Positions 17,364 to 24,000 of a stretch of 24,000 bases of DNA are shown here, one piece after another (the first letter of the stretch is position 1; every line of letters starts with the position of its first letter). The notes under the pieces were generated by a model. It had not been told where the DNA came from and ran no database searches. It saw only the letters and a program-made list of their open reading frames with translations. The position numbers were made by a program, and so were the translations under genes. Origin of the DNA: Exiguobacterium flavidum (GTDB taxonomy: Bacteria > Bacillota > Bacilli > Exiguobacteriales > Exiguobacteriaceae); the NCBI RefSeq assembly GCF_003344535.1, contig NZ_QPKS01000006.1, forward strand, positions 41,690 to 65,689, written 5' to 3'.

Positions 17364-18677
17364 TTAGCGGCTTGCTGCAAACAGTGCGGTGAGCGCTTCA
17401 TCGAATGAGCTTTTCTCTTCGACACGCTGCTTCAAAAATTCAATCAATTTCGGATATTTTTCGACGGCTCTGTCGATTTCCTGATTCGTTCCGCTCTTAT
17501 AGGCGCCGATGTTGATCAGGTCCTCTGCATCGAGATAGGTCGACAACAATTGTCTGAACAGGATTGCCGCTTCTTTTTGTTCGGGATCTGTGATTTGGTT
17601 CATGACCCGGCTGATCGAGCGCAGGACGTGAATCGCCGGATACTGTCCCTTGTTCGCAAGACTGCGATCGAGGACGAAGTGCCCGTCGAGAATCCCCCGC
17701 ACGGCATCCGCAATCGGTTCGTTCATGTCGTCACCGTCGACGAGTACCGTGTAGAATGCTGTAATCGACCCGGCCGTCGTTCTGCCGCTTCGCTCAAGTA
17801 ACTGCGGAAGCAGTGCGAACACGCTCGGGGTATACCCTTTCGATGCAGGCGGCTCTCCGGTCGCGAGTCCGATTTCCCGTTGCGCCATCGCGAACCGGGT
17901 GACGGAATCCATCATCAGGACGACGTTCTTGCCTTGATCCCTGAAATATTCTGCTATTGCGGTCGCCGTGTAGGCACCTTTCAGCCGGACGAGCGGCGGT
18001 TGATCACTCGTGGCTACGATGATGACCGACCGGCTCATCCCTTCAGGCCCAAGCTCTGCCTCGATGAATTCCTTCACTTCCCGTCCACGCTCACCGATCA
18101 GGGCGATGACGTTGATGTCCGCCGTCGATCGTTTGGCGATCATTCCGAGAAGCGTCGACTTCCCGACCCCGGAGCCGGCGAACAAACCGACCCGTTGTCC
18201 CTTCCCTACAGTCAGCAAGCCATCGATTGCGCGTATGCCGGTCGAGAGGACTTCGTCGATTCGCGGACGCTCGAGCGGGTTTGGCGGCGTCTTGACGATC
18301 GACGTCGTATCTAGCTTCGAGAGATCCTCGCCGTCGAGCGCTCGTCCGAGCCCGTCTAGCACCTTGCCGATCAATCCTTCACCGACAGGTACGTGAAGCG
18401 GTTTCCCTGTCGCGATGACATCTGATCCCGGAGCAATCGCCGTCGTCTCACCGTAAGGCATCAGCAGGACGTTCCCGTCCTTGAAGCCGACGACTTCCGC
18501 TTCGATACCAAGGCCGTTACGCATCCTGATCAAGCATCGCTCGCCGATCGATACGACCGTCGGACCGCTCGACTCGATCATCAAGCCGATGACCTGGACG
18601 ACTTTGCCGGAGTGAACGACGAGTTCATCCGGCCGGACCTGTTCGAGCAGTGTTTGAACCGCTTCAAATCTACTCAT
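17364..18677 (-). CDS. fliI: Flagellum-specific export ATPase FliI
   Basis: ORF 17364..18866. Walker A GSGVGKST, Walker B VVLMMDSVTRFA, F1/T3SS ATPase fold. Start reset to the ATG at 18677 (MSRFEAVQTLLEQV), giving 437 aa and overlapping the fliH stop by 8 nt. The upstream 63 codons are Arg/Ser/Cys-rich and lie inside fliH. Confidence 0.95.
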   Translation of the reverse strand: MSRFEAVQTLLEQVRPDELVVHSGKVVQVIGLMIESSGPTVVSIGERCLIRMRNGLGIEAEVVGFKDGNVLLMPYGETTAIAPGSDVIATGKPLHVPVGEGLIGKVLDGLGRALDGEDLSKLDTTSIVKTPPNPLERPRIDEVLSTGIRAIDGLLTVGKGQRVGLFAGSGVGKSTLLGMIAKRSTADINVIALIGERGREVKEFIEAELGPEGMSRSVIIVATSDQPPLVRLKGAYTATAIAEYFRDQGKNVVLMMDSVTRFAMAQREIGLATGEPPASKGYTPSVFALLPQLLERSGRTTAGSITAFYTVLVDGDDMNEPIADAVRGILDGHFVLDRSLANKGQYPAIHVLRSISRVMNQITDPEQKEAAILFRQLLSTYLDAEDLINIGAYKSGTNQEIDRAVEKYPKLIEFLKQRVEEKSSFDEALTALFAASR

Positions 18678-19383
18678 CGCGAAGCACCGCACTGATCTTG
18701 TCCGACAGATTTGCGAATCCTGTCTCGACACCACTCGTGATGGCTCCTTTTTCCGACTCGATCCTAAAGTCATGTACCGGCAACGTCTCGTCGATCCGAA
18801 GACCGAGAGTGACTTCGTCCGGCAATATTTTCTTAAGACGATTTTCAAACCGGAGCACCTTTTCATATTGTTCCGGATGGACGAACAGGATCAGTTTCTC
18901 CCGGTCACGGAACTGGATGAGCAGCTTCTCGATCATCGACGCGAGCTTCTCGTCATCCTGCGTGAGTGTTTCATGGAGGAACTGCTTTGTTACAGCAAGC
19001 GAAAGCTCCAGCATCTCCTGCTCGAACGCGTCGATTTGACGCGCGAGGAGCACCTCTAGCTGTCCTGCGAACGTGTTCGTCGCCTCGATTCGCTCTCTGT
19101 ACGCCTCTCTGCCGTCCTGTCGCCCTGCTTCGAATCCGTCAGCATATCCGCGTTCTTTCGCGAGCTCGAGGGTGCTGACCCGCTCCTGCTCGATTTGCTC
19201 ACGTACACGCTCGACTTCTCGCGCGAACTGGATTCGTTCCTGTTCGAACTCTTCCATCAAATGATGCTCTTGTGAAACTTGTACTGCCGGTACCTCTTCC
19301 TGCCGTGCCTGCAGATGGACGATCGTTTGTGCCCCTCGTTCCATCACGGACTGACGCTTGATGACGTTAGACAACGATATCAT
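18670..19383 (-). CDS. fliH: Flagellar export ATPase regulator FliH
   Basis: 237 aa. Charged, E/R/Q-rich coiled-coil N-terminal half and a FliH-type C-terminal domain (LILFVHPEQYEKVL...DFRIESEKGAITSGVE). Lies between fliG and fliI. The ATG at 19383 overlaps the fliG 3' end by 17 nt. The exact start is less certain because the SD spacing is short. Confidence 0.8.
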   Translation of the reverse strand: MISLSNVIKRQSVMERGAQTIVHLQARQEEVPAVQVSQEHHLMEEFEQERIQFAREVERVREQIEQERVSTLELAKERGYADGFEAGRQDGREAYRERIEATNTFAGQLEVLLARQIDAFEQEMLELSLAVTKQFLHETLTQDDEKLASMIEKLLIQFRDREKLILFVHPEQYEKVLRFENRLKKILPDEVTLGLRIDETLPVHDFRIESEKGAITSGVETGFANLSDKISAVLRDE

Positions 19384-20374
19384 CTCCTCCGCCGCGGGCG
19401 ATCACGATCTCACCCATGTCTTCGAGGCGTCTGATGATACCTACGATACGACTCTGAGCTTCTTCGACATCCCGCAGTCTGACGGGTCCCATGAATTCCA
19501 TATCTTCTTTGAATGTCTCGACCATGCGCTGTGACATGTTGCGGTAGACGATTTCCTTGACGTCTTCTGACGACACCTTGAGCGAGAGGAGCAAGTCCTC
19601 GTTCGTGACTTCCCGGATGATACGCTGGATGGCCCGTGCGTCGAGCGTGACGATGTCCTCGAAGACGAACATCCGCTTCTTGATCTCTTCTGCAAGTTCC
19701 GGATCCTGGATCTCGAGGGCATCGAGAATCGTACGTTCCGTCGTCCGGTCGACTCCGTTGAGCACTTGGACGACCGATTCGATTCCGCCTGATTGCGCGT
19801 AATCCTGCATGCCGGATTGGGAGAGATTACGTTCCAGGATCTGTTCGACTTCACTGATGATTTCCGGGTTCATCCGGTCCATCGTCGCGATTCGACGAGC
19901 TACGTCCGTCTGCGCCTCAGCCGGCAACTCCGAAAGGATCTGACCTGATTTCGCCGGATCGAGATGGGCAAGCACGAGGGCGATCGTCTGCGGATGCTCG
20001 TTCTGGATGAAATTGAGCAGCTGCTTCGGGTCGGCTTTACGTGCGAACTCGAACGGGCGTACTTGTAGCGTCGAGGTCAGGCGATAGATCAGCTCCATCG
20101 CCTTCTCTTCACCGAGCGCCTTCTCGAGGACCGATTTCGCGAACCCGATGCCGCCTTGCGTGATGTAGTTCTGCGCCATCGCCATGTCGTGGAACTCTGT
20201 CATGACGCCTTCCTTGTCCTCCGTCTCGATCCGCTTGATGCTTGAGATTTGGAGTGTCAACCACTCCATCTCCTCTTCTGATAGGTGTTTATAGACATTT
20301 GCAGCCACTTCAGGTCCGAGCGATATCATTAAAATCGCTGCTTTTTCCCGGCTGTTCAGTGCTAACTTCTTCAT
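19367..20374 (-). CDS. fliG: Flagellar rotor/switch protein FliG
   Basis: 335 aa. REKAAILMISLGPEVAANVYKHLSEEEMEWLTLQIS, and a C-terminal domain with conserved charged residues (RMFVFEDIVTLDARAIQRIIREV). Confidence 0.95.
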   Translation of the reverse strand: MKKLALNSREKAAILMISLGPEVAANVYKHLSEEEMEWLTLQISSIKRIETEDKEGVMTEFHDMAMAQNYITQGGIGFAKSVLEKALGEEKAMELIYRLTSTLQVRPFEFARKADPKQLLNFIQNEHPQTIALVLAHLDPAKSGQILSELPAEAQTDVARRIATMDRMNPEIISEVEQILERNLSQSGMQDYAQSGGIESVVQVLNGVDRTTERTILDALEIQDPELAEEIKKRMFVFEDIVTLDARAIQRIIREVTNEDLLLSLKVSSEDVKEIVYRNMSQRMVETFKEDMEFMGPVRLRDVEEAQSRIVGIIRRLEDMGEIVIARGGGDDIVV

Positions 20375-20378
20375 TTCC

Positions 20379-21950
20379 TCAATCCTCCGCTAGCCAAGTG
20401 CGTAACAATTTGACGAATTCATCCGGATTGGATTCAGCAAGCTTCTCCAGCTGCTTCCGTTTGACGGCACCTTCACTCTTGTCGTCCATATCGAGTTCAG
20501 GAATCTCCGTTTCAATCGGCACCCATTCATCCTGTTCCTCGAGTTGATTCGCTCTTCTGCGGCGCATCATCACGAAAATCGCTCCGATGATGGCGAGTGC
20601 CGCGGCTCCAACGACATACCAGACCCAGGTCGGTACGGTCTCTTCCGTCTTGACTTGCTCTGCTGTCACAGCGAACGGTCTCGACATGACGACGACCTTG
20701 TTCGCAAGTTCCGCGTCTGTCAGCGTCGTCTTCGCATCTTCTTTCGCAAGTGAAGTCCTAATGATCGAATACATCATCGTCTGCAAGTCTGCCTGGAGCT
20801 GGGCATCAATCTGTTGCTGTCCTTGCGGCGGTTCGACGATCAATTGGATTCCAAGATCACGAATCTCATACGGCGCGCCGCTGATCTGCTTCGTGATCCG
20901 GTTGACTTCATAGTTGATGATGTCATGCGTCTTCTCACTCGAGTCGCTCGTCGCTCCGTTCCCTTCAGGATAGTTGATCGTATCGTTCTCCCCAGTCCCT
21001 GCAGCACCTTCCGTCGCGCCGCCTGTGTAGGCTTCAGCGACCTTCTCGGCAGAAGTGACGATACCTTCTATTTTGTCCTCATCGACCGGTTCGACGAGTT
21101 TTTGTTCCTCTTGCCGCTGTGTCACGTCCATGTCGGCCGTGACGGAGACGAGTGCTTTCTGCGATCCGAGAACGACTGAAAGCATCTGTTGGATCTGCTG
21201 ACGCAGATCCTTTTCCGTCTGCTTCTTCAGCTGCATCGGGTCCGTGCCGCCTCCGGCGATGCTCGTTCCCTTCACCGGTTCGTAGTATGTGAAGTACTGG
21301 TCCATGATCGTGATGTTCTCTTCACTGAGCTTCGGCACACTCTTCGCGATCAGGTGATAGAGCCCCTGGACCGTCTGCTGATTCAACTCTGAACCCGCCC
21401 CTGCCGTCAAGACGACGGAGACGCTCGAACTTTCCTCTTTGTCTGAAAGGAAGACGCTTTTCTCAGGCAGTGTGATCATAACCTTCGCGTCCTCGATCCC
21501 ATTGACCTGTTTGATCAGGTTCTCGAGTTCAGTCTGCATCGTATCGCGTTCTAGGATGTTCATTTCCTTATCAGTCGTCCCGAAGCCCGCGTTCTCGCTG
21601 AAGAACGAATAGTCGATCTGACCTGACTTCGGTATTCCTGCCGTCGCAAGATCGACCTTCAATTGTTCCGCTGATTCCTCAGGTACTAGGATTGTCACTC
21701 CGGTCGCACCGCTGACGACTTCTGAGGCGATACCGTCCTCATTCAATTTTTCGGTGACTTGCCCCGCCTCTTCAGGAGACAGCTTCGAGTAGAGCGGTGT
21801 CATCGACGGTTTGCTCAACCAAATCACTGCCCCGATCACCACCGCAAGGAAGAGGACGATCGAGGAGAGGATCATCGCTTTTTTCGAAAGTGGCCATTCC
21901 TGCCACGCTTTTCTCGCGGAATCAAGCCGCGCCTTCATATTTTCGTTCAT
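20379..21950 (-). CDS. fliF: Flagellar MS-ring protein FliF
   Basis: 523 aa. N-terminal TM helix, YscJ/FliF ring-building domains, a second TM helix near the C-terminus (VWYVVGAAALAIIGAIFVMM) and a FliG-binding tail. Confidence 0.95.
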   Translation of the reverse strand: MNENMKARLDSARKAWQEWPLSKKAMILSSIVLFLAVVIGAVIWLSKPSMTPLYSKLSPEEAGQVTEKLNEDGIASEVVSGATGVTILVPEESAEQLKVDLATAGIPKSGQIDYSFFSENAGFGTTDKEMNILERDTMQTELENLIKQVNGIEDAKVMITLPEKSVFLSDKEESSSVSVVLTAGAGSELNQQTVQGLYHLIAKSVPKLSEENITIMDQYFTYYEPVKGTSIAGGGTDPMQLKKQTEKDLRQQIQQMLSVVLGSQKALVSVTADMDVTQRQEEQKLVEPVDEDKIEGIVTSAEKVAEAYTGGATEGAAGTGENDTINYPEGNGATSDSSEKTHDIINYEVNRITKQISGAPYEIRDLGIQLIVEPPQGQQQIDAQLQADLQTMMYSIIRTSLAKEDAKTTLTDAELANKVVVMSRPFAVTAEQVKTEETVPTWVWYVVGAAALAIIGAIFVMMRRRRANQLEEQDEWVPIETEIPELDMDDKSEGAVKRKQLEKLAESNPDEFVKLLRTWLAED

Positions 21951-21978
21951 CTAGCATCTCCCACTCCTTCAGTAACGG

Positions 21979-22266
21979 TCACAGCTGCATACGCATCATT
22001 TCTTGGTATGCTTCCATTGCCTTGTTCCGTACCTCGATGGCAAGCTGCATAGAGAGCGATGCTTCTTCTGTCTTGATCATGATGTTATGTAAGTCCGTCG
22101 TCTTCCCCGTGGCCAAATCGACACGGGCTTGCGAAGAGACGTTCTGCTTCTCGTTCAGACCACTGATGGCATCGCTGAGCAACGCGCCAAAATCCGACGG
22201 TGTCGCCTTAGGCGCTTGCATCGACGAGATTCCCATCGTCTGAAATTGAATCGGTTGAATTTCCAT
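21979..22266 (-). CDS. fliE: Flagellar hook-basal body complex protein FliE
   Basis: 95 aa with a FliE-type C-terminus (LHNIMIKTEEASLSMQLAIEVRNKAMEAYQEMMRMQL). Lies between flgC and fliF. AGAGGAG SD upstream. Confidence 0.88.
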   Translation of the reverse strand: MEIQPIQFQTMGISSMQAPKATPSDFGALLSDAISGLNEKQNVSSQARVDLATGKTTDLHNIMIKTEEASLSMQLAIEVRNKAMEAYQEMMRMQL

Positions 22267-22280
22267 GATGTCACTCCTCT

Positions 22281-22679
22281 TTATTTACCAATTTCCATTG
22301 CCTTGACGAGCATCGCCTTCGTTGCATTGAGCGCTGTCACGTTTGCTTCATAAGACCGTGTCGCCCCCATCATGTCTACCATTTCCTTCAACAGGTCGAC
22401 GTTCGGCATCTTCACGTACCCGAGTTCGTCCGCATCCGGATGATTCGGGTTGTATTCGAGTTTGAACGGCTCACTGTCTTTTCGAATCTCACTTACCGTC
22501 ACGCCACTCGCCGTCTCTTTCAGGACAGCGAGCTTCCGTGCATACGGTTGCCACTTCCCTTCGACGAGTTCACCGCGCGTCGTCTGTGCGTTCGCGATGT
22601 TCGACGATACCGTATCTAGACGCAGACGCTGGGCCGTCAATCCTGAGGCCGATGTATGAAAACCCGAGAACATGCTCAT
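22281..22679 (-). CDS. flgC: Flagellar proximal rod protein FlgC
   Basis: ORF 22281..22685, where the track start is a TTG only 3 nt after the SD. I prefer the ATG at 22679 (MSMFSGFHTSASGLTAQRLRLDTVSSNIANAQTTR), with GGAGG 9 nt upstream. Conserved C-terminus TRSYEANVTALNATKAMLVKAMEIGK. Confidence 0.9.
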   Translation of the reverse strand: MSMFSGFHTSASGLTAQRLRLDTVSSNIANAQTTRGELVEGKWQPYARKLAVLKETASGVTVSEIRKDSEPFKLEYNPNHPDADELGYVKMPNVDLLKEMVDMMGATRSYEANVTALNATKAMLVKAMEIGK

Positions 22680-22681
22680 GC

Positions 22682-23044
22682 TCAACGGCCTCCTCTGATG
22701 ACAGATTCAAGACCTGCATATTTACGATTGAGTTGCTCGACGAGCGCCTCATATTCGATTTGATTACGCGATAGTTCAGACATTTCAAGATCGATGTCGA
22801 CCCCGTTCCCATCGTTTCGCATGTTAGATGAACGGTCGACGATTGATCCGTTCGATTCGATCGTCGTGTGGCGCTTCAGGCTAAGCTTCATTTGTGTATC
22901 GAGCACGTCATTGAATACGAGACGTTTCGCCTTATACCCTGGTGTATCCACATTCGCGATATTGTTCGCGATGACCTTCTGTGATGCGACGGTCCGCCCG
23001 ATGGCGTTCGTCATCAAATTATAGTCCGATCCTAGCCAATTCAT
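22682..23044 (-). CDS. flgB: Flagellar proximal rod protein FlgB
   Basis: ORF 22682..23089. Start reset to the ATG at 23044 (MNWLGSDYNLMTNAIGRTVASQKVIANNIANVDTPGYKAKR), with TTGGAGGT 9 nt upstream. This is the first gene after the long leader. C-terminal EMSELSRNQIEYEALV motif. Confidence 0.9.
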   Translation of the reverse strand: MNWLGSDYNLMTNAIGRTVASQKVIANNIANVDTPGYKAKRLVFNDVLDTQMKLSLKRHTTIESNGSIVDRSSNMRNDGNGVDIDLEMSELSRNQIEYEALVEQLNRKYAGLESVIRGGR

Positions 23045-23240
23045 GCTTGAATACCTCCAACATTCGCAATATTGAAAAAACAATAGCACGGCTAACCGTA
23101 AGCGTTTAGTAACATATCTGAAATAATTGAAACAAATGGTAATGCTATTTGAAAGAAGTTTTTTTAAAATCAGGGGAATGGAAGAGTATAAAAGACCCCT
23201 TATATTGACATTTTTTATAAAAATGATTCGATTAGCCTAT
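23045..23240 (-). promoter_or_regulatory. AT-rich leader/promoter region of the fla/che operon (promoter elements not pinpointed)
   Basis: This is the only sizeable non-coding stretch in the window. It lies between the codY terminator and flgB and is markedly more AT-rich than the flanks. The best -10-like hexamer on the minus strand is TATACT (23185-23190), preceded by an A-tract but with no good TTGACA at 16-18 nt. A CodY-box-like palindrome ATTTTTATAAAAAAT lies at 23210-23224. Confidence 0.45.
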
Positions 23241-23284
23241 AAATAAAAAGGGCACGAGTGAAGTAGGTCCTTTCACTCATGCCC
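23241..23284 (-). terminator. Rho-independent terminator of codY
   Basis: On the minus-strand RNA, GGGCAUGAGUGAA (23284-23272) pairs with UUCACUCGUGCCC (23262-23250). That gives a 13-bp stem with one G-U pair and a 9-nt loop, followed by UUUUUAUUU (23249-23241). It starts about 15 nt after the codY stop. In the plus orientation the same position is a C-A mismatch and no U-tract follows, which supports minus-strand function. Confidence 0.85.
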
Positions 23285-23299
23285 TTTCGGCGCATCTGT

Positions 23300-24000
23300 T
23301 CAGTTCGATTTCACCCGTTCAAGCTCGAACAGGAAATTATCGTTCAAAATCTTGATATACGTCCCTTTCATACCGAGTGAACGGGATTCGATGACACCTG
23401 CGCTCTCAAGTTTGCGAAGTGCGTTGACGATGACGGAGCGAGTGATTCCGACGCGGTCCGCGATTTTCGAAGCGACGAGCAGCCCTTCGTTTCCATCGAG
23501 TTCGTCGAAAATATGCTCGATCGCTTCAAGCTCGGAGTAAGAGAGCGAGTTGATCGCCATTTGGACGACCGCCTTCTTACGTGCTTTGTCCTCTGCCTCA
23601 TGAGCCTTTTCGCGCAGGATTTCCATCCCGACCACTGTCGCGCCATATTCCGCGAGGACGAGATCCTCTTCATTGAAGTCGTCGTCGAGTCGTCCGAGAA
23701 CGAGCGTGCCTAGACGCTCGCCGCCCCCGATGATCGGCACGATCGTCGTCTTCGACGTCTCGAACATCTCACGGTTCTCGACTGGGAATGCCGTATGCTC
23801 GCTGTCGATTTTGATGTTCGCCGTCGTCTCAGTGACGTTGAACAGATTTTTCGTATACTCTTCCGGGAACTGGCGATCTTCGAGGAATGAACGCATCCGG
23901 GCGTTCTCGATTTGCTGCTTGATTGCGAAACCGAGCAGCTTGCCGCGACGGCTGACGATGAACGTGTTCGCCTCCATCACCTCGCTCAGGCGATCAGCCA
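23300..24000 (-). CDS. codY: GTP/BCAA-sensing global transcriptional regulator CodY (5' end beyond window edge)
   Basis: The translation is near-identical over long stretches to the B. subtilis CodY as I recall it ([129 protein letters not shown]). The frame stays open upstream of the track start (23980 is an internal GTG) to the window edge, so roughly the first 25-30 codons are missing. Confidence 0.96.
   Translation of the reverse strand, partial: ADRLSEVMEANTFIVSRRGKLLGFAIKQQIENARMRSFLEDRQFPEEYTKNLFNVTETTANIKIDSEHTAFPVENREMFETSKTTIVPIIGGGERLGTLVLGRLDDDFNEEDLVLAEYGATVVGMEILREKAHEAEDKARKKAVVQMAINSLSYSELEAIEHIFDELDGNEGLLVASKIADRVGITRSVIVNALRKLESAGVIESRSLGMKGTYIKILNDNFLFELERVKSN

Noticed and set aside
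18678-18866. N-terminal extensions in the ORF track: fliI to 18866, flgD to 15471, flhG to 4386, fliQ to 9616, cheW to 1509, cheC to 1079, fliY to 12241, flgB to 23089.
   Set aside because: All but the flgB extension lie inside the preceding gene in another frame, and the longer ones (fliI, flgD) encode Arg/Cys/Ser-rich junk; the flgB extension lies in the non-coding leader. All lack an SD, whereas an internal ATG with a strong SD gives a protein of the expected family length and N-terminus.
22683-22685. TTG start for flgC that would give a 4-nt overlap with flgB.
   Set aside because: The GGAGG is only 3 nt upstream of this TTG. The ATG at 22679 has the SD at a canonical 9-nt spacing.
23114-23121. 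Sigma-D-like -10 element TCAGATAT (minus strand), resembling GCCGATAT.
   Set aside because: There is no TAAA -35 element at 14-17 nt upstream; the sequences at those positions are CCAT, ACCA, TACC and TTAC. It matches 6 of 8 positions in AT-rich DNA, so the support is insufficient.
23205-23210. A perfect TTGACA hexamer on the plus strand in the leader.
   Set aside because: It points toward the codY terminator and codY antisense, and there is no plus-strand gene to serve. The hexamer at 17-nt spacing is TCGATT, a poor -10.
23136-23246. A 36-codon plus-strand ORF (MVMLFERSFFKIRGMEEYKRPLILTFFIKMIRLAYK) within the AT-rich leader, ending at the codY terminator hairpin.
   Set aside because: It has no SD upstream. 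It runs opposite to every other gene, has Phe/Ile/Lys-rich composition driven by AT content, and no motif. It is most likely a chance ORF. Only conservation or ribosome profiling could rescue it.
1-24000. I looked for a hidden accessory or defence system, mobile element, CRISPR array, tRNA/rRNA, or an orphan gene inserted into the operon.
   Set aside because: Every ORF over 70 aa on the coding strand is assignable to a known fla/che component in the expected order. Apart from the fla/che leader, intergenic gaps are 30 nt or less. I saw no spacer-repeat periodicity, terminal inverted repeats, integrase/transposase-like translations or compositional island by eye. This review was visual only, so short repeats or structured RNAs inside coding sequence could have been missed.

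Overview
This window is almost entirely one long, tightly packed, co-directional gene array on the minus strand. It is the Bacillus-type fla/che flagellum and chemotaxis operon of a moderate-GC Firmicute (Bacillales-like; I cannot assign a genus from sequence alone). Reading 5'->3' on the minus strand (high to low coordinates): the 3' part of codY (5' end off-window) with a clear intrinsic terminator, then a ~255 nt AT-rich leader, then flgB-flgC-fliE-fliF-fliG-fliH-fliI-fliJ-ylxF-fliK-flgD-flgE-swrD(flbD)-fliL-fliM-fliY-cheY-fliO(fliZ)-fliP-fliQ-fliR-flhB-flhA-flhF-flhG(ylxH)-cheA-cheW-cheC-cheD. cheD runs off the low-coordinate edge and is absent from the ORF track; I translated it by hand. 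Several ORF-track entries carry spurious N-terminal extensions, and I re-set those starts using Shine-Dalgarno (SD) sequences and upstream stop codons. I found no RNA genes, CRISPR arrays, mobile elements, defence-like genes or unassigned coding space. The only intergenic gap over 30 nt is the codY/flgB leader. I therefore see no evidence for a novel biological system here; it looks like a conserved housekeeping motility locus. Modest points worth a second look: (1) cheB is missing from its canonical flhG-cheB-cheA slot. (2) A perfect 18-bp tandem duplication covers the fliY stop codon just upstream of the cheY ribosome-binding site. (3) The leader lacks a promoter with a good match to the sigma-A or sigma-D consensus and carries a CodY-box-like AT palindrome. 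(4) FlgE appears longer and FliK shorter than I recall for the B. subtilis proteins.
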